Positions 39,956 to 48,900 of a stretch of 64,000 nt of DNA are shown here, one piece after another (the first letter of the stretch is position 1; each line of letters opens with the position of its first letter). The position numbers were made by a program, and so were the translations under genes. Source of the stretch: Magallana gigas. Lineage: Eukaryota. The notes beneath the pieces were generated by a model that did not search any database, was not told the origin of the DNA, and worked only from the letters and a program-made list of their open reading frames with translations. The DNA is taken from contig NC_088858.1 in assembly GCF_963853765.1 (NCBI RefSeq), positions 12,834,001 through 12,898,000 of the forward strand. Reading direction: 5' to 3'.

Positions 39956-42900
39956 ATGTCGAATTTTTTTCGACCATGGGTGGAGACACGGCCGGCTGTA
40001 CCTGTGCATAGACGTGTAATGTTGCCGTTGAATAACAACATGCAGGTACGTAACTACTTGTTTATGGATGATTCATAGTGTAGGTGATCAATACATTAAA
40101 GTTACCCACTCAGTAGAATGATAACTATAGGCTATATTTTAGCAAAAAATTAAGCCGAAATACTTATATAGTGAATATGCAGAATTTATATAAAAGTCAA
40201 TGTACGTGTATTTGACAAATTTATGTTGATATTGTATGTCATGTCAGTTATTCAGTGAAGCTTTATAATTTTTTTAATTTTTATTTCACATGCATATTTT
40301 ATTGCAATAGGACCACAATGATATGGAAAATAAGAAAACTCCACGCAAAGTAAAAGGATTTTTTGAGCTGAAACATTCTCAAAGAGGAGAAAGGAAAAGA
40401 AAATACCAAAGCGCTTTTCAAGAAGCTTCAAGCTGTGTTCACAGTGATATTTCCTCCATCAAAGTCCAGTTCAATTTTGATAATGGACATGTTTTATCCT
40501 TTTTTCCCCGCAAAGTGTCCCCTGATGAAAATGCTAGTTTGGAAGATGAAGGTGTTAAGAAATCTCAAGACCTTGCTGTAATTCAACAGGTTATTGCAGT
40601 TAAGGACAAGTTCAGAATTTCTGACGAAGCTTTACATGAACTTCATATGATTGGTTCAATAATACCAAGCAAGTCAGCCATCAATACAGAAAAATACCGT
40701 CTCAACACAACTCTTGAAATAATGAGCCATCCAACAGTAAGTACATGTACCGTGCTTTTTTATGTGTTGACCACTGACTTATTTAGCACGTTTTATTATC
40801 TTATCATTTGAATATCAATTTTTAGAAACCGATCGATCATAGCACAAGCCAATTTACTTTTATTTATTTTTTTAACAAAGGCAGACTGCAGTACTAGAAA
40901 GCTAGAGCACATTCTAGAGTTTGTACTTCAACACCAAAAATACCAGAAGTATATTGAGAATGACACTGTTACCCTGCGTTTTTCCTGTGATGGTGCCAAA
41001 ATTGCCAAAAATATCTCCTCAGTAAGAGGGGTGTTCAAGATTTTGGCACCAAGACAGTCATTGCCAGATAAGCTTGAAGATTTGAGCATGTGTCCGGAAG
41101 ATGAGTTTACTCTTTTCTTTTACATTGGTGAGAAACTTTGTATTTATTGAAATTTCCTGTCATGTATTTTGGAATTATTATTTCGATTATCACATGTTTA
41201 TTTCAATTAAGGAGATGAAAATCGATGCAGTTTAGAGGAATATGCCTCTGGGACATTAAGAGACATGGAAAATGTTCAATTGAATGGAATTGTAATCAAT
41301 GGAAGAAAAATCTCTGTAAAGTGGTAAAGTTATCTCATCATCTACGGTTATCGTTTTTTTTTATTCTATACCCTATTTGTTATTATAATATCATTTCAAA
41401 TTCTAAACTGGTACAATTATATATTTTGTAGGATAATGACTTGTGATTGGAAGGCACTTGCCTTACTGAGGGGAATTAATGGCGCTCAATGCGAATTTTT
41501 CTGCATGTGGTGCCACTGCTCCAAAAAGCAGATATGCGATTTCAGTAGTAAGTAACTGTTGTAAATTGATAAAATGATACAAACATTGTAATAAAAACAA
41601 TAGCAATTGCTGGACAACTAATGTGATTTTATAATGTTTTTTGTAGTCCCATCTTGGTTGATACAGAGATCTAAAGAAGAACAACAAACTGTTCTAAATT
41701 CTGAAAAGAAAACGTTCGGGTACAAAGATACAGATCTCTGCCCTTTCATTTCATACCATGACATGCCCATTGATGATCTTCACATGCGCATAAGGATTTC
41801 TCTAAAGCTCTTCAATCAGGTACATTGTCTCTTATTAATATACACGAATGTATACTTTTAACGACTCTGCTAACTATCTGCATACACAAGATCTCATTGC
41901 TTGATTTTGACAATTTTAAATTCAGCTTGTGACCTGGGCAATAGACCAGAAATCTGAAGACAATTTGAAAAGAGAACTGAAACGCGTAGGTGTCAGTTTC
42001 AGAATGTGGGAGGAAAGGGGGGATGACAAATTGAACACCAAAGTGAGGAAATGGTCTCAACCAACAGGTATATATATGCCTTTCTTTAAAAAAAAATACT
42101 ATAAGTGTTTGCAGTTCTTGTAGCAAATCTTCTGAAAAATATTTGCCATTTCATTTGTAGGTGATGATTTACGTAAAATTATAAGAGACGTTCAAATCCA
42201 TCATATTCTGGACAATAAAAAGGACAGGCACTACGTATCAATAGAAAGCCTTTCAGTACAGCAGTTGAGGGACGAATTAACTAACAGACAGCTTTCCAAA
42301 AAAGGAAAAAAACCCGAGCTTGTAGCCCGATTAAAAGATGCTGTCGGAAATAACACTAAGGTATATTTACAGAAACTCAAATTCACTGAATAACATTTAT
42401 ATTTCCTGAATGTTTACATAGTAATATAAAACTTTTCATTCATGTTGTTTTAGATGAGGAGGAATGTAGGCTCTCGTCTTCAGGTATCGTACGACTTTTC
42501 AGAAGATGAAGAACAGGACCTGGACGTCGCAGCCCTGCAAGATCTGTGGTCAGGTTTCCATACGCTCATGGAAAGTCTCCGGGCATTACCTGGAACAGAT
42601 AATTACAAAGATATGGAAACTTTTGCAAAAGAAGCAAAGGAATGGGCCACTGAATTTCGAAAGCAAACCTTCGATGAAGATGTTATCCCATACATTCATG
42701 GTGTGTAAAAATGTTAAAGATTCTATAAAGGAATCATACAGCCTATCCCTACTTCTTTCAGGGTATAAAATTCATTTTGTTTAAATTACATTTTCAGCTA
42801 TGGTTTATCATGTACCACAGTTTCTGCAGACATACCACTACATACATGATATCGGGGTTGCCCAAGTTGAGCGTAAAAATTTTGACCATCGTCAAGCGTA

Positions 42901-43167
42901 CTTTGGAAGCACCAACAGAAATGGGTCCAAATGGAAAAAACATGTCTCAAAGCAGGTACATACCATTATTCAGATAGTCAATCTGCTTGATTTGTTTCAC
43001 AAATTTTTCTGCCTTCTGCAATGAATAATTAATCAAAGATAAATATGCATTTCAGTCCTTGTCATACTTGTGATCTTTAATTACAGATTCTTGAGAGGGA
43101 AAATAGAATGCTTTGGTCCAGTCTACATGGAACTGTACGTGAAAAAAGAAAATATGTAAAGTCTTAA
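39956..43167 (+). CDS. RAG1-core/Transib-like DDE transposase with internal SAP domain (~663 aa, 11 exons)
   Basis: Exons 39956-40045, 40311-40736, 40881-41127, 41212-41323, 41432-41547, 41647-41819, 41926-42067, 42161-42360, 42454-42700, 42798-42955, 43087-43167; all GT-AG, in phase, no stops (1992 nt). Motifs: TVTLRFSCDG, MTCDWKALALLRGINGAQCEFFCMWC, PIDDLH, TGDDLRKII, PYIHAMVYHVP, QVERKN. From memory these correspond to RAG1 VVVKESCDG, GYDEK...CTLC, IDALH, NGNFARKLM, NYFHKTLAHVP and GNESGN. Confidence 0.85.
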
Positions 43168-44845
43168 ATACCGTCGTTTAGCTACAGTCCCAGTAACCAT
43201 GTTTCTACGAGACCTCGTAAAAGTTACGTGAATCCAGGATGGACCACGAACATACAGTATTACAGGGTCACATAGCTGTGGTCGGTTCTCCTCAGCATCT
43301 TTCCACGTGCATCTAAACAAAGATTTTTATAATGAAGCAGATCTTTATTATTATCAAGCAATATTTATTAAGAAGCCCACAAAGATGAACAAATATTGTA
43401 TTTCTATGTATAGAAATGTTGTTTTGTTATATTAAAATAATATTGTATCACACTTTTGATATTATTGTTATTGTTTTTACTATTACAATTAAGTAAATAA
43501 TGTATAAAATTGATGTTCCTTATTGCAATAATATTGTATCACACATTTGTTATTATTATTGGTTTTTTTTAAATTAAGTAAATAAACATTCACATTGGAT
43601 TAAATTTATATAATCATACCTTTTACAATTATTGTGTTGGTATTGCTTTCTCTCCTTATATCCCCACCAGACATGAATAAACTCTTTGAAGGAGACAAAT
43701 GTTTCTGTTGATGTTTTGTAACATCTATTTGACCAGTTCTCTCCAATGGCAGAAGTCATTTCTTCACCTGTAAAAATAAACATAAATTACTTAACAATTA
43801 TTTTTAGTAACCGAACACTTGCATTCCAAGTATGTCTTTCAAGATACCTCCTGTCTCCACTTGCATGGGACCAAAACTTTAAATAGACTTGTCATATGCT
43901 CAAGAAAACAATTATCATAATATTGCTTCAGATAGTTCATTACCTGTGAGGTAGAAATCCACATTTCCATTGTCTGTTGGCAGAGTATCCATCAAAGACC
44001 TGAAGTATTTATTAAAACTTGCACAAGAAAAAGGCACTTTCACTGTTGTCCTCGACTGGATGCCTAATGCACCATCAGGTGTACGGCGTGCATCGCCTAA
44101 ACTGTCAAAGATGGCCTGTCGCAGTGCCATAATGTCATCAGGGTTGTTCCTGCAGTCTATTTTGTTGGAATCTAAATTCCTGCGGTGAAGATGACAAGAG
44201 AGGGGGTTTCCTTTATTTCTTTCAATGAATTGCTGCAATTCCTGGTTTCCATCTAAACTGACCCAGGTTGATGGTCCCTCCCAGTCCTTCCATTTTACTA
44301 GCACTTCTTGCTCCCTCCTCTCTAAAATGTCTTCAATCTCCCATAGTTTCTGAGATAAATTGTTGAGAATAGTTTAAAACATGAATGATTATTCTATTAT
44401 TGTTTTTCTTAATTAGTTTGGATAATTCATAATTTTTCCCGATGTAGGATATTCGTGATCTAAGAGTGGCGCTAGATCCGCCTACACACTTTGACTGAGA
44501 TTTGTATACCTGCTTCAAATAAATATAAATAATAGAATATAGTTCTAAAATACACATAAAGGTAGATCAAAAGGGAACCCTAACGATATTTAACGATCGC
44601 AAACCATAATATATACATAGATATGTCTATACATATTATAAACATCATCAGGGACTTGTACTATGATTATTACAACTATTCTTAGAAATGAATATGTTAC
44701 AAAAGTTTAAATGTAAGTATATACGATATTTGTATAATAATATTTACCGTACCTCTTTCGACTTGTTTTCCTTTAAACTTCTAAAATTTAAATTTTCCTC
44801 CCAATCTCCGAATCTTACAGGGGCTCTTCTCTTTCTCTGTGCCAT
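43123..44845 (-). CDS. Chromodomain-containing protein (~278 aa, 4 exons) convergent with the transposase
   Basis: Exons 44845-44753 (MAQRKRRAPVRFGDW.., NLS-like), 44349-43944, 43767-43620, 43312-43123; phases 0/1/2 are consistent. Chromodomain KLWEIEDILERREQEVLVKWKDWEGPSTWVSLDGNQELQQFI, followed by an unrecognised ~190-aa domain. Confidence 0.8.
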
Positions 44846-45158
44846 TTCTTAGATAAGAATGCAGCTGAAGAAAGCACACAGGGAGCTCGATTTCACTTAA
44901 TCGGTTCATCGCCGTGGTAACGCTGACCGCCTGGGATGTGGTCACTAATTTATAACGGGGTTGTGAAAGCGGAATATTGGAGCAGAATTTCTTGGCATGA
45001 TATGACAGTAAATTATGGCTCTTGCTGATATATATACATAAAATCTCTATATTAAAAAAAATTAAAAACAAATCATACGTCAATGAGGCAGGTACCGCAG
45101 TCTATACTGAAATAGCTAGTACACGCATTACAGATGTTTGATCCACCTCTAAATTTAT

Positions 45159-45193
45159 CGCGGGAAATATAGCGCGAGTGCACTGTGACGTCA
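45159..45193. promoter_or_regulatory. Candidate POLD2 / bidirectional promoter: E2F site and palindromic CRE
   Basis: GCGGGAAA (45160-45167), TGACGTCA (45186-45193), AG|GTATGG donor at 45242 (probable 5'UTR exon), second TTTCCCGCG at 45445-45453, acceptor TTTCAG at 45780. Confidence 0.6.
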
Positions 45194-45467
45194 TCCATGA
45201 CTTTGTTCGTCTTTGTTTACGTTTCTCGACTCAATACAGAGGTATGGAAGCATGTAACAAATCTTTTGAGTCTCGCCAAAGCATATGCGGTACTCAAAAC
45301 GTGTCTTCAAACTTTAAGTCACTGTAAATTACGAGTTAAAAGTCGGCCATTTTTGGCATAGCACCACGGGTGAAAACATTAGAGAGCATTATGGGACGTA
45401 GACAAAAAATTTTGTTTGATGAACTGTAGGTTTAGCTCGTTCTTTTTCCCGCGCACACTGGTTCTTA

Positions 45468-45515
45468 GAGCTCGCTTCGCTCGCCGGCGCTACGCGCCGG
45501 CGAGCTGCGCTCGCT
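45468..45515. repeat. GC-rich hairpin, possible Helitron-type terminus
   Basis: Perfect 11-bp stem CTCGCCGGCGC-tac-GCGCCGGCGAG (45480-45504), flanked by CTCGCTTCG and GCGCTCGCT in AT-rich DNA. Confidence 0.55.
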
Positions 45516-45903
45516 ATTATAAATTATAGTTTTATATGTAGGCTATTCAGTCTACATTTCGACGTTAAAGCCTCGCTAAAAAGTGGAGCGAAGCAGGAAC
45601 GATAACTCTGGGTAGAGATTGCCTCTCCTAAATTTACGTGATTGTAATGGTAATACACATAAGATATGATATATAATTGAATTTGAGTTTTTACTACAAA
45701 CATGGTTCCTCAGACAGATAGACAGACAGTGAAAAAACCCACGTAATATATTTGATATCGTTCGTGAATAACTATTTCAGACTCAATGGAAAAGTTCATG
45801 CTTACAGGAAACAGTTTTCGTACGAAATAATATCTTCGATTGACTATCGCGCCTCAAGAAACAAAAGATTTCCACTGGCGCGAACGGTGATAAACAAAAA
45901 GAA

Positions 45904-48900
45904 ATGTTTGAGAAAAAAGGGGGTAATCATCCCGACGACCTTTTGTCAAAACCTTCACAGACACACAAAGCATGTGAAAGACAATCGGGCAACTTTTCAG
46001 ACTGCTCACATAGGTTTCTACTGAAGGATAAAACTTTCAGCAGGCAATATGCACATTTATATGCAGAAAGATTGTGGGAAGTACGTCCGAAAGTAGAGGC
46101 TTCTGCAAGAAAAAAATGGGGTATAAATAGAATATGTTTTGTTTCATATTTAATTTGTAATATTTTGTTTTAGTGGTTAATAGATTTACACCTTTTTAGA
46201 ACAAGATGTAAACACATGACCTGCTGAATTTTTTTTATTACACTCTGGCCTATATTTAATAATATCACAAATCAAATTGCTGAGTGTTCAAAACTAGTTG
46301 GTACTTGCTTGTTAATATATAGCTTCATGTCAAACAGTGCCTTATACGGTTCATACGATGAGACTGACACATACATCGGTATACAGGTCCAGTACAATCT
46401 CCAGATTTAGCTATATAGCTTGAATAAGCTAAATAGCTTTATTAAGCTATTTCAGAATAGCTTCATTTAGCTATTTTGTCATACATTTTTCTTAAATGTG
46501 TAATTTTTTCAGTATGTATAAAAAATCGCGCTTTAGTGCAGTGATAATTTTCAACTTTGAACTGTTATATAAACAATGCATGTAAAGATTACTCAAAAGT
46601 TTGCGTCTCCTTAAAGAGACTTTGCACTAAAAGTTTTGGGGCAACTGATTCATGAACACACAGTTACTTCTTGAATGAAATATAAAGGAGGTCAGTTATG
46701 GTAAACAAGATAATTGATTGGTAATAATTTATCACAATGAGAAGAAATCATACTTATCCACGCCTCATTGCACACAAAGTGGTGAACAGTTACCCAAACA
46801 ATGGAAATGTATTTTTTGCTTAAAAGTGTTTAAATCTGCAGTGTTAAAACTATCTTGCATTTGGGTCAAGTTTATAATGGTCAGTGGCGCAAATATGAGT
46901 AGCAAGTTAATTGCGATTTTTCGTCCATTTCTTACAATTAATATTTTCTTCAAAAACTGCATATAAATAGCTTTATTAAGCTATTTTGAATAGCTTTATA
47001 AAGCAATATAGCTTTTTCAAGCTATATAGCTAAATCTGGAGATTGTACTGGACCTGGTACATATACCTTTAGGTACTTGTGACAGTAGTTTTTTTGTCCC
47101 CCGCCGCAACGCGGTGCGGGGACATAGAAATGCCGGGCGTCCGTCCGTGCGTCCGTGTGTCCGTGCGTCCGTGTGTCCGTGCGTCTGTGCGTCCGTGTGT
47201 CCGTGCGTCCGTGTGTCCGTCCGTCACACTTTTTTGTAAGCGCTCTCATGCCTACAAATTTTGACGGATTTTCATTAAATTTATACCAAATGTATATACC
47301 ACTATTACCTTGGTCAAGTTCGAAAATCAGCATTGGTCGATACTACTTGTTGGAGTTATGGTACTTTGACCGCAATAATGACTCTGTTTTATCCAAAAAT
47401 TGACCTTGTAAGCGCTCTCATGCCTACAAATTTTGACGGATTTTCACTAAATTTATACCAATTGTATATACCACTATTACCTTGGACGAGTTCGAAAATC
47501 AGCATTGGTCGATACTTTTTGTTGGAGTTATGAGACTTTGACTGCAATTATGACTCTGTTTTATCCATAAATTGACCTTGTAAGCGCTCTCATGCCTACA
47601 AATTTTGACAGATTTTCATTAAATTTATACCAAATGTTTATATCGCTATTACCTTGGTCAAGTTCGAAAATCAGCATTGGTCGATACTTTTTGTTGGAGT
47701 TATGGTACTTTGACCGCAATAATGACTCCGTTTTATCCAAAAATTGACCTTGTAAGCGCTCTCATGCTTACAAATTTTGACAGATTTTCATTAAATTTAT
47801 ACCAAATGTTTATACCACTAATACTTTGGTCAAGTTCGAAAATCAGCATTGGTCGATGGACTCGATACTAGTATACTGCTTGACCGGCGGGGGACTCAGG
47901 AATTCTATTCTTGTTTACTAGGTTTTCATTTATTAATGCACATGACGGTTGTGTGTGCTGTGTATATCACTGTAATTATACCCTGTCCCAAGTTTCTGCT
48001 TCCAACACTTTTTGTTTGATATTTCGAAAACCATAAATACCTTTGTGCCCAATAGGGCTGGGACGATACTGTACTTAGCCGATTAGGTACATATCACAAT
48101 AAATGAGATGCGATACGATACATATCACTATACATTGCAACTTAATGAAAACATGAATAAGGGCTTAAATTTTATTGAATCTGTCAACGTATTACCGCAT
48201 GTCCAAAGTGATTTCATTATATGAATATATATATCATTTCAAAATGAGCATTGCACAATTTACAAATTACTTTAGTCTTGTATTCACTACTTTTTCATAA
48301 AGAAGTAATCCAAAAGTTTTCCACACTCCAGAATTAGATTCATAACAGTTTTGACAACTTTAAGAGGTTTTCCGCTATCTTTGTACTTTCATGATAGGCG
48401 CGCGGACTAAAAATAGCCAATATATATAGCTTGGATATTTTTGGAAATTAAAAAAAAGTTTGCTAAGGTATTGTTGTATTATTGGTAAATGTATAGATCC
48501 AAATATCGTCAAAATAAATACCGCGATGCACAGGTGCATCAGTGGATTGTCCCATTCCTAGTGCCCAACTACATTTATCCATTAGAATAAAAAAAAAGTT
48601 CAAATTTTCTGTTTTGAAACGCCCCCGCCGCTGCAGGTTCCAACACACAACCAAAAATAAAAAGTCTACGTTAAGTTCAAAAATAAAAAGTCTACGGGTA
48701 TATTGCATGGCAAACAACATGAAAACAACATGAAAAGTTCCAGAATGATAACGTTGAAAAATTGAGAGAATTGTTCTGAGTACCGTACGGTGCTTCCAAT
48801 TGGAGAAAAGGTGTTAAAATTCCTCATTATAAATCTCCGTAAGAAATTTGTTTTTGTTCATTTTAATTTCTCGGTGTATAAAAAAATGAAATGTCAATGA

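Noticed and set aside
44781-45083. 100-aa minus-strand ORF from the track as the partner's first exon
   Set aside because: A different frame (ATG 44845, donor 44752) splices in phase to the chromodomain exon; the tracked ORF is low-complexity upstream sequence.
45181-45187. Perfect RSS heptamer CACTGTG oriented as a right transposon end next to the RAG-like cassette
   Set aside because: No nonamer at 12 or 23 spacing, no matching CACAGTG left end or 5-bp TSD found, and it overlaps the CRE; a lone 7-mer is expected by chance.
39460-45640. Inverted CAC...CAATCTCTA pair (39460 and 45640) as candidate TIRs
   Set aside because: Only a 9-mer match with unequal spacers, flanks GTTTA/ATTGT are not a TSD, and the match is within chance expectation for regions this size.
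47234-47870. Tandem arrays (also 21536-21680) as CRISPR-like
   Set aside because: Contiguous tandem units with no unique spacers, in a eukaryotic context.
47022-47871. Several 60-100-aa ORFs
   Set aside because: They arise from microsatellite and 172-bp repeat sequence of the HINE element.
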